Assembly (NCBI GenBank): GCA_965203175.1
Contig: OZ241867.1
Span: forward strand, 3,296,001 to 3,360,000
Direction: 5' to 3'
Length of the DNA stretch: 64,000 bases
Source of the DNA: Candidatus Latescibacterota bacterium
GTDB taxonomy: Bacteria > Latescibacterota > UBA2968 > UBA8231
The translations under genes and the position numbers were made by a program. Of the stretch, positions 54,959 through 64,000 are shown piece by piece (within the stretch, counting starts at the first letter, position 1; each line of letters starts with the position of its first letter). Under the pieces are notes generated by a model that worked only from the letters and a program-made list of their open reading frames with translations, did no database searches and was not told where the DNA came from.

Positions 54959-57169
54959 TCAGCGGCTGTTGATCACGGCGAATTTGCCGCGCACCGCGTT
55001 GCCGGTTTCAGCCTGCGCGACAAAGTAGTAAATACCCGACCCTACGAGAAAACCCGCCACACTCTGGCCATTCCAAGTGACTGCGCCTTCGCCCGCCGCG
55101 CCGTCGAGCTGACGGATGAGTTCGCCCGCCGCGGTGAAAATGCGCACGCCAGCGCCCAGCGGCAGGTCGGCAAAGGTCAGGGATGCGCCGCGCACGCCGA
55201 TGTAAAAGGGGTTGGGATACGCGTACGCTTGAGGCCCCGCCGCCGTCCCCGAGGCACCCAATTGCAGACGGCTCATTCCGTCGAGTGTGCCAATCCACAG
55301 CGCGTCGTTTTCACGGTCGAAGTACAGTGAGTTGACGCGGTTGTTGACGAGGCCGTCGCTGGTGTCGAGCGCGAACTCGACCTGGCCCTCGGTGTCGATG
55401 CGGGCCAAGCCGCCTTCGGTGCCGACCCAGATGCGCCCCCAGTCGTCTTCGGCCAGCGACGTGACCGCGGTGTTCGGCAGGCCGTTGTCGGCGTTGTACA
55501 CCTTCCAGCTTTCGACAGCAAAATGCGCGTCAGGGCGCGAATACTCGCCGCGCACTGCATTGAGGCCGTTGTTCGTGGCGACCCACACCCGCCCCGAGCG
55601 ATCGACGTGAATGTCGTTGACGGTATCGCTAGTCAGGCTTGGATATGTGGCCGTGTCGAAGGCGAGGCCGATCTCGTCGCCGGTCTCAAAAGAGGTCCCG
55701 CCATCGTCGAAGAGGAAAAAGCCGTCGAGCGCCGTCCCGACCCACTTCAGGTCGTCGGGACCAATGGCGATTTTGGTCATGTCCCGTCCCGCGGACATGC
55801 CGAAGTCCAACTGACTGTTGAGTGTGGCCCGTTGGGGCGGCCACCCATCCATGACGACTAGCCCATTTTGGACATTGGCAATCCACATCAAGCCGTTGGC
55901 ATCGCGGTCGATGTCGCTGATGGCGGCAAACGTATCGCCTTGGATACCTTCGAGGACCGAGTTCTTGGTGTTGAGGTGCTGCCACCGGCCACTGGCGTCG
56001 CGCACGTCAATGCCCACGCCCCAATTGCCGACCCACAGCAGGCCCTCGGCATCGGTTTCTACGGCCGAGACTTTATTGGACGACAGATTGGCCCTTCTGT
56101 TGTAGGTAGTCCAACCCTCGCCGTCGAACTCGTACAGACCAAAAGCGGGTAGATTGTCCTTGGGCACGGAGGCGACCCACAGATGACCGTTGGGGGTCTG
56201 GGTCATGTCGAAGAAGAAGTTGGCTCTAGGTTCGCGGGGCGGCGTCGGTGAGTCGGTGCCGAGGACGCGGAGGCCGCTCGCGCTGGCCACCCACAGGGGG
56301 CCGTCGGTATCGGACAGGTCGGCGGTACTGCTGATGTCCGACGCACTGAGCGGCTGCCAGCGGTTGCCTTGGCGCTGGGATAAGACGCCGTCAGCTGCCC
56401 CAGCGACGATGCTCCCCTCGAATAGTCCGAGGGCAACACTACTGGTCGTAGAGTAATCGATCTCGGGGTGGTCGAGCGCGGGATGCACTCGCCAGAGGCC
56501 GTCCGAAGCTGCGACGAAGAGCGTGTCTTGATAGACTAGCATGTCGCGCACCTCGCCTCTTATTATTAACTCAGCCTCCCAACTGCTGGGATCTTGGAGA
56601 TTGGGCTGGTCCAAATCTGCCCACACTAGACCGTTGACGGTCCCGGCCCACAGGAGACCGGCAAACACCTCAATGCTGGTCACCTCGGTGTCTTTGGCCA
56701 GACTCCCCAAGCGGCGATAGGTCTCCTTGACCTCCTCTTTGCTGATGATAAACGCACTGACGCCGCGTTCGCTGCCGACGTAGAGGATGTCCCCATGGGG
56801 CTCAAGGGCGTTGATGCGGAGGTTTTGGAAGTCGAGGAAGGGCGGATCGAAGTCATTTTTCTCAGGCCGATAGCGGCTCAAGCCCTGGGAGTGCGTACCA
56901 AACCACAGGTGGCCGTTGGCATCTACAGCTAAGCTCAAGATGAGGTTGCCTGGCAGGCCGTCGCGGCGGGTGAAGCGCGTATAGGTTTGGGTCTGCTGGT
57001 CGTAGCGCAGGACGCCGCCGCTGGTGCCGGCCCAGACTGCGTCTTGGTGGACGAGCACCCGGTTGATTTGGCGCATGCTGGTATAGGCTTCAAATCGGTC
57101 GTCGTCGGATAGCTGGGCACGGACGGGCAGGACCAAAAGCAGCAGTGGAGCAAGACAGAGCAAAAGCAT
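54959..57169 (-). CDS. PorZ-like secreted double beta-propeller protein with T9SS/FlgD-like C-terminal domain
   Basis: Signal VRA|Q, W.GT..G blades, DDLKWVGT, AYPNPF...IFTAAGELIR...SGIYYF...GKFAVI. Confidence 0.72.
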   Translation of the reverse strand: MLLLCLAPLLLLVLPVRAQLSDDDRFEAYTSMRQINRVLVHQDAVWAGTSGGVLRYDQQTQTYTRFTRRDGLPGNLILSLAVDANGHLWFGTHSQGLSRYRPEKNDFDPPFLDFQNLRINALEPHGDILYVGSERGVSAFIISKEEVKETYRRLGSLAKDTEVTSIEVFAGLLWAGTVNGLVWADLDQPNLQDPSSWEAELIIRGEVRDMLVYQDTLFVAASDGLWRVHPALDHPEIDYSTTSSVALGLFEGSIVAGAADGVLSQRQGNRWQPLSASDISSTADLSDTDGPLWVASASGLRVLGTDSPTPPREPRANFFFDMTQTPNGHLWVASVPKDNLPAFGLYEFDGEGWTTYNRRANLSSNKVSAVETDAEGLLWVGNWGVGIDVRDASGRWQHLNTKNSVLEGIQGDTFAAISDIDRDANGLMWIANVQNGLVVMDGWPPQRATLNSQLDFGMSAGRDMTKIAIGPDDLKWVGTALDGFFLFDDGGTSFETGDEIGLAFDTATYPSLTSDTVNDIHVDRSGRVWVATNNGLNAVRGEYSRPDAHFAVESWKVYNADNGLPNTAVTSLAEDDWGRIWVGTEGGLARIDTEGQVEFALDTSDGLVNNRVNSLYFDRENDALWIGTLDGMSRLQLGASGTAAGPQAYAYPNPFYIGVRGASLTFADLPLGAGVRIFTAAGELIRQLDGAAGEGAVTWNGQSVAGFLVGSGIYYFVAQAETGNAVRGKFAVINSR

Positions 57170-57178
57170 GGGGACGGC

Positions 57179-59635
57179 CTACATCATCGTTAAAGGGTCG
57201 ATATTGATGGAAAAGTGGAGGGCGTGATCTTTGGCGGCCTCGCGCATGGCCGGCAGCGCGCTGAAGGCCGTTGCGCGCAAGTGGCGCGCCGAGGGGCCGC
57301 GCAGAAGGGCTTGCCAACGGTAATGACCGCGCAGCCGCGCCAGCGGGGCCGGCGCAGGCCCGAACACGAGTGTATCTGCATCGAGGCCCTGCCGCAGGGC
57401 ATTTACGCCTTGTTGCGCCCCGATTTCAACGGCTTGTTCGCAGGGGCCGCGCCAGCGGAAGACGATTAGGCGGCCAAAAGGGGGGAACCCGGCCTGCCGC
57501 CGCTGGGCCAATTCATTGTGGGCAAAGCCCGCGTAATTTTGGTTTGCGGCCGCGCGCAGGGCTGCGTCGTCGGGCAGAAGCGTCTGGATGACGACTTCGC
57601 CGGCCGTGTGGCCGCGCCCCGAGCGGCCGGCGACTTGGGTCAGGAGCTGGAAGCTCCGCTCGGCCGCGCGGAAGTCGGGCAGGTGCATGCCGGTGTCGGC
57701 GGAAATCACGCCGACTAGCGTGACTTCGGGAAGGTCGAGTCCCTTGGCGATCATTTGGGTACCGAGCAGCACGTCGGCCTCGCCGCTGCGGAAGCGCTCG
57801 ATGAGTGCGTCGTGCGCGCCTTTCCAAGCGGTGGTGTCCACGTCCATGCGTATGACGCGGATGCCGGGAAATTGTTCCAAGAGGGCGCTTTCGACCCGTT
57901 GGGTCCCTACCCCGTCGAAGCGCAGCTCCGAGCTGCCGCAGGACGGGCACACCGGCGGCGGTGGGGCCGCAAAATCGCAGTAATGACAGCGGGTCTCAGA
58001 GGCAGCGGGTCGCCGGTGATAGGTCAGCGAGACTCGGCAACTGGGGCACTGGATCGGCTCACCACAGGCAGTGCAGCTAATGAAGGGCGCAAAGCCACGG
58101 CGATTTTGCAACAGGATGATTTTTTCGCCGCGATCAAGGCGGTCCTGTATCTTGCGCCGCAAGTCGTGCGAGAAGATGGCTCGCTGCTGCCTTTGGAAAG
58201 GCTCCTTCTTCATATCGACGACTGTCACTTGGGGCAAGGGGCGGTCGTCGATGCGGCGGGGCAAGGTGTGGAGGTGGTACTTGCCCGTGACGGCATTCCA
58301 ATGCGACTCTAGGCTGGGAGTGGCCGAGCCGAGGACAACGACGGCGTTGCCGTGCTGTCCGCGGACTAAGGCGAGGTCGCGGGCGTTGTAGGTGAGGGGA
58401 TGGCTGCTGTCTAGGTCCTCTTGCTTGTACGAGGTATCGTGCTCTTCATCCACGACAATCAGTCCCAAATTGTCCACCGGTGCGAGGATGGCCGAGCGAG
58501 CGCCTATGAGCACGCGCTGCTCGCGACGGCGCAAGCGCCGCCAAGTGTCGTAGCGCTCTCCGGTCGAGAGCTGGCTGTGGAGGACGGCGACTGCCTCGCC
58601 AAAGTGCTCCTTGAAGCGCCGCACCATCTGCCAAGCGAGGGCGATTTCTGGAACCAAGATGATTGCACCGCGCCCCGCGGCCAACGCCTGCGCTGCGAGT
58701 CGGACGTACACGAGGGTCTTGCCCGCACCGGTGACGCCTTGCAGTAGGGCTGGATAGAATTTTCGAGTGTCGAGCGCTGCCGACAGGGCGTCGAGTACCT
58801 GTTGTTGGTCGGCCGTAGGGACGAGGTCCGGCGGGGTACTGCTGGCGATGTGGGCGAGGGGATCGCGGACGACTTCCTCGGTAGTCGCCTCAAGCAAGCC
58901 ACGGCCTTCGAGGGCCTTGAGTACGGCCGAGGAAAATCCCGCCGCGCTCAGTTCGCTGCGCACGGCCGTGGGGTGATCGAGCAAGTAGCGCAGACAGGCC
59001 GCTTGGCGCGGCGCGCGTTTTTCGATGTCGGCGATGGCGGTGTGCGCGGCCGCTTCGTCGTTTAGGAGGAAGCGGCGTTGGCTCAGGGCGCGCGGCCGCC
59101 GGTCTTCGAGTACAGGCGCAATTTCAATGTGCCCGTTGCGGCGCAGAGTGCGCATCCCCTTCTCCAAGCCACGGCTGCCGAGTCGGCGCTTGAGGGTGCT
59201 AACCTTGAGAGAGCCGCTGCGATGGAGTTCGCTGAGTATCTGTGCCTCCATGCCCGTGTGGTGGACAGCGGCAGCGGACGCGTCGCGCAATTGTACGAGG
59301 CGGTTGGAACTGAGTTTGACGCCTGGGGGCAAGGCGGCCATCAGCGCACTGCCGAGGGGTGCCATGTAGTAGGAAGCCATCCAGCGGCAGAGCGCAACGA
59401 TCTCGGGGCTGAGGAGCGAGGTGTCGAGGATTTGTTCGATAGGGCGGATCTTACTTGGGGGGAGGTCTCCGAGTGTGGCTGGCCCCAAGACGATGCCGGT
59501 GAGCCGGCGCTGGACCACTGGCACCAACACCAAAGCCCCAGACCGCGCTTCAGCGGCGAGTTCAGCAGGTACGCCATAGGTCAACTCGCGCGCTACAGGT
59601 GGCGGCAGGGCGACCTCTACGTAGCCTTGGATCAT
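57179..59635 (-). CDS. priA: Primosomal protein N' (replication restart helicase)
   Basis: GVTGAGKT, DEEH, four CxxC and GTQMIAKG motifs; start moved to ATG 59635. Confidence 0.96.
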   Translation of the reverse strand: MIQGYVEVALPPPVARELTYGVPAELAAEARSGALVLVPVVQRRLTGIVLGPATLGDLPPSKIRPIEQILDTSLLSPEIVALCRWMASYYMAPLGSALMAALPPGVKLSSNRLVQLRDASAAAVHHTGMEAQILSELHRSGSLKVSTLKRRLGSRGLEKGMRTLRRNGHIEIAPVLEDRRPRALSQRRFLLNDEAAAHTAIADIEKRAPRQAACLRYLLDHPTAVRSELSAAGFSSAVLKALEGRGLLEATTEEVVRDPLAHIASSTPPDLVPTADQQQVLDALSAALDTRKFYPALLQGVTGAGKTLVYVRLAAQALAAGRGAIILVPEIALAWQMVRRFKEHFGEAVAVLHSQLSTGERYDTWRRLRRREQRVLIGARSAILAPVDNLGLIVVDEEHDTSYKQEDLDSSHPLTYNARDLALVRGQHGNAVVVLGSATPSLESHWNAVTGKYHLHTLPRRIDDRPLPQVTVVDMKKEPFQRQQRAIFSHDLRRKIQDRLDRGEKIILLQNRRGFAPFISCTACGEPIQCPSCRVSLTYHRRPAASETRCHYCDFAAPPPPVCPSCGSSELRFDGVGTQRVESALLEQFPGIRVIRMDVDTTAWKGAHDALIERFRSGEADVLLGTQMIAKGLDLPEVTLVGVISADTGMHLPDFRAAERSFQLLTQVAGRSGRGHTAGEVVIQTLLPDDAALRAAANQNYAGFAHNELAQRRQAGFPPFGRLIVFRWRGPCEQAVEIGAQQGVNALRQGLDADTLVFGPAPAPLARLRGHYRWQALLRGPSARHLRATAFSALPAMREAAKDHALHFSINIDPLTMM

Positions 59636-60540
59636 GGTTGGGCGTCGGGAGCCTCTTCTGTGAGGGGCTGTAAATTCGATCCTAGTATTTGTATGCCGTC
59701 GGCTGTGGCGCGGAAGCGCAGCACTTGATTGGGGTTGCCAAGCTGGCCGCCACCGAGTAATTCGCCGTCCAACCAATAGCTTATGCCGTGGGGATTGGTC
59801 GAGAGTACGACGAAGTGATCGCGGGCTTCAAAGCGGCGGCGCTCACCGGGCGCGATTGTACCCTCAAAATTTTCTACTGCCCCATCCCAGCGAATTTGCA
59901 CCCAAGTGGAGTCGCGGGCCTCTAGCTCGAGAACGACAAGGGAGGCGGTTTGCGCAGTAGCCGCGATCGTCGAGGTGTCTGCGGTAGCAGGTGCTTCAGA
60001 AGCCTCCGACTCGGTTGACGACTGGACGAGCAGGGTGTCGCTCAGGGCGACTACCGGCTGGGATTCGGTCGGAGGGGAGATCGTTTGTGCCGGGGTGTCT
60101 ATTTGCGTCGGGGCGGCGGATTGGGCTGGGGCCGTTGACGGTGCGGCTATCTTATCGCCGAAGAAGTAATACGCCACAGCGAGCAGGCAGCAGACGCCTA
60201 CTACCAAGCCGATGACGATCAGCGGCGTCCGCGAGCTACGCTGGGGCTTGGGCTGCTCTAGTAAGACCGTAGAGCGTTGACGAGGTCGGAGGACCTGTCT
60301 TTGCTGTTGGTCGAAGCGGGACAGTAACGGCTCGGGATCGAGGCCGAGGTATTCGGCATACTCTTTCAGGGCTAAACGGGCGAAGACCGGCTCGACCACA
60401 TCGAACTGGTCGGTTTCTAGGCCCTGTAAGACGGACAAACTAATGCCGGTCTGTTCTTGGATTTCTTCGAGATTGAGGCCGCGCGCTTGGCGTGCGGCCG
60501 ACAATTCTTCTGCAATGGTTTGTTGTTTTTCTTCGCTCAT
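59632..60540 (-). CDS. rodZ: RodZ-like protein (HTH, TM, DUF4115)
   Basis: N-terminal HTH (YAEYLGL), single TM, Ala/Thr/Pro linker, C-terminal beta domain. Confidence 0.8.
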   Translation of the reverse strand: MSEEKQQTIAEELSAARQARGLNLEEIQEQTGISLSVLQGLETDQFDVVEPVFARLALKEYAEYLGLDPEPLLSRFDQQQRQVLRPRQRSTVLLEQPKPQRSSRTPLIVIGLVVGVCCLLAVAYYFFGDKIAAPSTAPAQSAAPTQIDTPAQTISPPTESQPVVALSDTLLVQSSTESEASEAPATADTSTIAATAQTASLVVLELEARDSTWVQIRWDGAVENFEGTIAPGERRRFEARDHFVVLSTNPHGISYWLDGELLGGGQLGNPNQVLRFRATADGIQILGSNLQPLTEEAPDAQP

Positions 60541-61124
60541 TTTTGGGCCTGATGGTTTAGGTCGTACCCCACTGCGCGCAAAAGGACACAAAGACGGGCT
60601 AAGGGCAGACCTACTACATTATAATAACAACCTGCGATGCGTTCAATAAAGCGCGCCCCTAACCCTTGGATGCCATAGCCACCAGCTTTGTCGAGGGGTT
60701 CGCCGCTGGCGACGTAAGCGGCGATGTCAGCAGCGGTCAAGGCTCGCATCTCCACTTGGGTGCAAACGACTTCCTGCAGAAGCTGATCGCCGCTTTGGAT
60801 GGCCAGTCCGGTATAGACCTGATGGACCTTGCCCGAGAGGCGACCGAGCATGGAGGCTGCGTCGGCTGCGTCGGCGGGTTTGCCCAATATCGCGCCGTTG
60901 CAGCAGACGATGGTGTCCGCCGCGATAATAATGGCGTCTGCTGAGACTGCGCCGGCCACAGCGCGTGCTTTGGCCACGGCCGATTCGAGTGCGTAGTCGG
61001 CCGGGATGGACGTTGCGGGCACCGGCTCTGCCACCGGACTGGGGACGACTGTAAAGGGCAGGGCGAGTTGGCGCAACAAATCGGCGCGTCGGGGCGAGGC
61101 CGAGCCGAGGATGAGTGGCTTCAC
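60537..61124 (-). CDS. maf: Maf/YhdE nucleoside triphosphate pyrophosphatase
   Basis: LILGSASPRR, ADTIV, DKAGGYGIQG and NVVGLP motifs. Confidence 0.95.
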   Translation of the reverse strand: MKPLILGSASPRRADLLRQLALPFTVVPSPVAEPVPATSIPADYALESAVAKARAVAGAVSADAIIIAADTIVCCNGAILGKPADAADAASMLGRLSGKVHQVYTGLAIQSGDQLLQEVVCTQVEMRALTAADIAAYVASGEPLDKAGGYGIQGLGARFIERIAGCYYNVVGLPLARLCVLLRAVGYDLNHQAQK

Positions 61125-61564
61125 GCTGGAGACTCCACCATTAAGGTGACTGGGCCGTCGTTGTGGATTTCGACCTGCATGTAAGCGCCGAAGACGCCGC
61201 GTTGGGGCGGCAAGCCTTGTTCGGCGAGCAGGTCGAGAAAGCGCTCGTACAGGCGCTCGGCAACCGGGGGTGGAGCGGCTTGCACGAAACTGGGGCGGCG
61301 GCCCTTGCGGCAGTCGCCGTACAGGGTGAACTGAGAGATGGCGAGCACGCCGCCACCAACGTCGAGTACCGAGCGATTCATTTTGCCTTGGTCATCGGCG
61401 AAGATGCGCAGGTGAGCGCACTTTTCAGCGCAGAAGCGCAACGCTTGCTCGTCGTCGCTAGGGCCGAAGCCGACGAGCAGGACCAGACCCTGGCCGATTT
61501 GGCCGTGGAGCTCGCCATCGATGTGGACGCTAGCGTGGCTGACGCGCTGGACGAGGACTTTCAC
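61121..61564 (-). CDS. dtd: D-aminoacyl-tRNA deacylase
   Basis: QRV, SQFTL, GRRPSF and NDGPVT motifs. Confidence 0.96.
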   Translation of the reverse strand: MKVLVQRVSHASVHIDGELHGQIGQGLVLLVGFGPSDDEQALRFCAEKCAHLRIFADDQGKMNRSVLDVGGGVLAISQFTLYGDCRKGRRPSFVQAAPPPVAERLYERFLDLLAEQGLPPQRGVFGAYMQVEIHNDGPVTLMVESPA

Positions 61565-61579
61565 GGGCGGGAGTGGACT

Positions 61580-61615
61580 GTGATTATCGTGATTACTGTG
61601 ATTACCGTGATTGAG
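61580..61615. repeat. 9-bp tandem repeat GTGATTAYY x4
   Basis: gtgattatc gtgattact gtgattacc gtgattgag. Confidence 0.8.
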
Positions 61616-61686
61616 ATGATATACCGGAGATGCGAGTTGTCAGAAGTCCAAGCCTTTGAGGCTTGGGGATCATCACATGAGTTTCA

Positions 61687-61714
61687 AATGTACCCCTCGC
61701 CGCACCTCTGTCAA
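61687..61714 (-). promoter_or_regulatory. Putative sigma70 promoter for the dtd-maf-rodZ-priA operon
   Basis: TTGACA-16-TACATT immediately after the lptD stop. Confidence 0.5.
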
Positions 61715-61720
61715 CTACGC

Positions 61721-64000
61721 CTAGAATCGCCGCTGGCCGCGCTCGAGTTTGAGCTGTGGGATGTCCTTTAACTGTAGCTTAAAAAAGAACGCCTGGTTTT
61801 TGTGGAAGGTGCTCGGCTGTACGTTGAGGGTCGCAGTCCAGTCGTGGAATTCCTTTTGCAGGGACAACAGCTCGGAAGTGAAGCGCTCGGTGGACAAAAG
61901 CCGCGTCCCCGGGGCGCGCAGATTGTAGTTGAGCGAATAATTGCAATGCCAGCTCGCCAAGCTAAAGCCGGCCGCGGCCCGTATCCAAGAGCGGATGAAG
62001 CCAGAGGTCGTAGTCGTGGCGCGGCGGTGCGAGATGTAGTGGCTGAGTTGGAAGCGGGCGCCGCGCCGGCGGTTGTCAATGTCGCGCATGAGGCCACTTT
62101 CAAAGCCGAAGGATTCCCGGCCACTGGAGGAGCCAAAGCTGCTCTGTCCGTAGGGGCTGGAGGAGCCGAAGCTGCTTTGTCCATAGGGGCTGGAGGAGCC
62201 GAAACCCCTCTGTCCATATCGGCTGGAAGAGTCAAAATCATCGAGTTGGTCGGCGTCCATGCGCGACGCTTGGGACCGCCGCGACCAGCTAGCTGAGGTC
62301 CGCACTTCAAGCTGCTTGCGACTCGGGGCCAACAGGTGCCGTTGGTTTTGCTCGTCGTAGAACTCGTGGCGCAAGGTCAACCGCGAATTTAGGTAGCGAC
62401 CTGCCTCGACGTTTAGGGTGGTCCGCAGGTCGTCTAGTTGACGCTCCTTTTTCTCAAAGTCATAGGCCGTATAAAAATTGAACTGGACTAGGCGCACTTT
62501 GTGTTCCTCCTCGTCGCGCAGGATTTTGGCCCAGAAGGTGTTGTCGAGGCGGAAGTCCAAGCGCCGCCGGTGTTGGAGCTGGCTGCCGTCGCCACCAAAT
62601 CCGAAGACGCCGCCGGTGTCGGCGCGGGAGGCTTGGTAGTTGAACGAGATGCTGGGTTTGAGTACGTGGCGCAGGGCTTGGAGCGGGCCGATGGATGGGT
62701 TGAAAAGGCCGTAGAAGGTCTGGCTCAAGGCTGCACGGGTTGAGAAGCGGTCGCTGCGCCGGCTGCGGGTTGCGCTCTCGCGCAGGTCCTGGTCGCTCCA
62801 GCTTTGGTTGAGCGACGGACTGAGGTTGAACCAAGAAAAGGGGCGGTACTGCGCGCTGACGCGCCAGTTCACTTGAGCCCTAGTTTTGCTGGTGGTGTCT
62901 GTGCGGCTGCCGCTCTGTGTGTTGCGCAGGCTGGCGTTGCCGTCGTAGTAAATGCGACTGTACCAGGGGCGATTTTGACGGCTTTGGCGGCTTTGGCCCC
63001 TTGGAGCTTGGCCCCAAATCGGCTTGCGGCTCTTGCGCAGGCTGAGCTCGGGCAGGACGGTGGAGAACCTCTCGGTGTCGAGGTATTTGGTCTGGCTCGC
63101 TTTTAGGCTGAAGCTATTGCCCGAGCCGCGCCAGCGCCGGGAGTAGCTGAGGTTGGAGCGCAGGGTGCGGTTGAGGCGGTCTTGGAGGCTTACACTGTTG
63201 TCTTGGGCAAAGCTGTTGTTGCTCTGGAAGGTGCCGTTGGCCCGCAGGCTCGCGTCTCGTCCTAGCTCTTGGCTGTGCCTGAATTCCAGCCGCCAGTTGC
63301 GCGAGGCCGTGCGGCCGTCTTGGCGGTTTTCAAACTGGGTTCTGACGTGGCCTCTGAATCGGTAGCGCGCGGAGTAGTTGAGGCGGGCACGCCCTAGCCA
63401 GCCCGAGCGCTGCCGTAAGTCGGCTGCGAGGGACAGATCCCAATAGTCGTTGGGTGCGAGGTAGTAGCCCAAGTTGCGCAGCTCCCACTCGCTTTGGCGC
63501 GCCCCAAATCTAAGGGTGCGTTGCCCAAAACTCGGCGTCAAAATTCCGGACTGGCGGTCTTCGCGCAGTGAGAATACATAGAAGGGAATCCACAACAGCC
63601 GCCGCTCCTTGATGCGGAAATACACCGGGCGCGCCACGGCCATGTCGCCGGCTATGACCTTGATCCGTGGGCTGTAGAAGTCGAAGTGCGGATGGTCGGC
63701 GTCGCACGTGGTGTACGAGCCTTGGTGGACGTGGAATTCGGTGCTGCTGCGGGTCTGGATCAAACGTCCGGCATAAAATCCCTTGTCGCGGTGGATCTTG
63801 CCTTTGAGGATGGTTCCTTGTTCGGTGGATAGGTTGTAGAGGATGCGCTCGCCGCGCAGGGTTTGGTCGCCTTTGCGCAACACCGGGCGGCCGACGACCC
63901 GCCCCAGCGAATCGAGGGCCGCTCGCGCTTCGACTTGGTCGAGGTCGCGGCGGAAGACGATCTCGGCGGCCTCTAGCTCAGCGCCCTTGTGCGAGACGCG
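61721..64000 (-). CDS. lptD: LPS-assembly protein LptD-like outer-membrane beta-barrel (5' truncated by the window)
   Basis: YTTC..HPHF, RQSGILTP, LGYY and LRHVLKP motifs; frame open to the window edge. Confidence 0.85.
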   Translation of the reverse strand, partial: RVSHKGAELEAAEIVFRRDLDQVEARAALDSLGRVVGRPVLRKGDQTLRGERILYNLSTEQGTILKGKIHRDKGFYAGRLIQTRSSTEFHVHQGSYTTCDADHPHFDFYSPRIKVIAGDMAVARPVYFRIKERRLLWIPFYVFSLREDRQSGILTPSFGQRTLRFGARQSEWELRNLGYYLAPNDYWDLSLAADLRQRSGWLGRARLNYSARYRFRGHVRTQFENRQDGRTASRNWRLEFRHSQELGRDASLRANGTFQSNNSFAQDNSVSLQDRLNRTLRSNLSYSRRWRGSGNSFSLKASQTKYLDTERFSTVLPELSLRKSRKPIWGQAPRGQSRQSRQNRPWYSRIYYDGNASLRNTQSGSRTDTTSKTRAQVNWRVSAQYRPFSWFNLSPSLNQSWSDQDLRESATRSRRSDRFSTRAALSQTFYGLFNPSIGPLQALRHVLKPSISFNYQASRADTGGVFGFGGDGSQLQHRRRLDFRLDNTFWAKILRDEEEHKVRLVQFNFYTAYDFEKKERQLDDLRTTLNVEAGRYLNSRLTLRHEFYDEQNQRHLLAPSRKQLEVRTSASWSRRSQASRMDADQLDDFDSSSRYGQRGFGSSSPYGQSSFGSSSPYGQSSFGSSSGRESFGFESGLMRDIDNRRRGARFQLSHYISHRRATTTTSGFIRSWIRAAAGFSLASWHCNYSLNYNLRAPGTRLLSTERFTSELLSLQKEFHDWTATLNVQPSTFHKNQAFFFKLQLKDIPQLKLERGQRRF
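62124..62230 (-). repeat. 33-bp coding tandem repeat (SSPYGQSSFGS) x3 in lptD
   Basis: CTGGAGGAGCC(A/G)AAGCTGCT(C/T)TGTCC(G/A)TAGGGG units. Confidence 0.85.

Noticed and set aside
61565-61640. His-rich (NHx)4 N-terminal extension of Dtd
   Set aside because: It is in frame with dtd, but bounded by TGA with no start codon in between.
61163-61771. 202-aa plus-strand ORF containing VIT repeats
   Set aside because: Antisense to dtd; the VIT run merely reflects the 9-bp repeat.
1-64000. tRNA, rRNA, integrase, transposase or prophage genes
   Set aside because: None recognised by eye; tRNAscan-SE, Infernal and ISEScan would be needed to exclude them formally.

Overview
GC-rich bacterial chromosomal segment with about 45 CDS. 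I found no rRNA, tRNA, CRISPR array or transposase. Gene content (FlgD/T9SS-like C-terminal domains, a PorZ-like protein, LptD, five PhyH dioxygenases, two DUF6785-type membrane proteins, sulfatase and BNR hydrolases) suggests an FCB-superphylum diderm such as Ca. Latescibacterota or Gemmatimonadota; this is an inference. Layout: (1) 1-12127, minus-strand operon of a GT-C/TPR glycosyltransferase and large secreted proteins in A-B-B'-A' paralog order; (2) 12.3-24.6 kb, PhyH, sialidase, Ndh and DUF6785 genes; (3) 24.7-32 kb, a self-contained sigma-54 module: a soluble beta-propeller/Y_Y_Y/AAA+ activator (frameshifted), three phased palindromes, a -24/-12 promoter and two exported targets; (4) BNR protein, sulfatase, DUF5060 hydrolase and AAA ATPase; (5) 37.7-43.3 kb, BlaI repressor with twin operators, two tandem M56 peptidase-ExbD-repeat-FlgD sensors each with an apparent internal start, and a RelE/HigB-type toxin-antitoxin pair; (6) 43.4-54.3 kb, PhyH/UDP-GlcA decarboxylase/RND efflux/CRTAC1 operon; (7) housekeeping block lptD-dtd-maf-rodZ-priA-PorZ-like-DUF4159. 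All family calls come from motif recognition by eye, not database searches.
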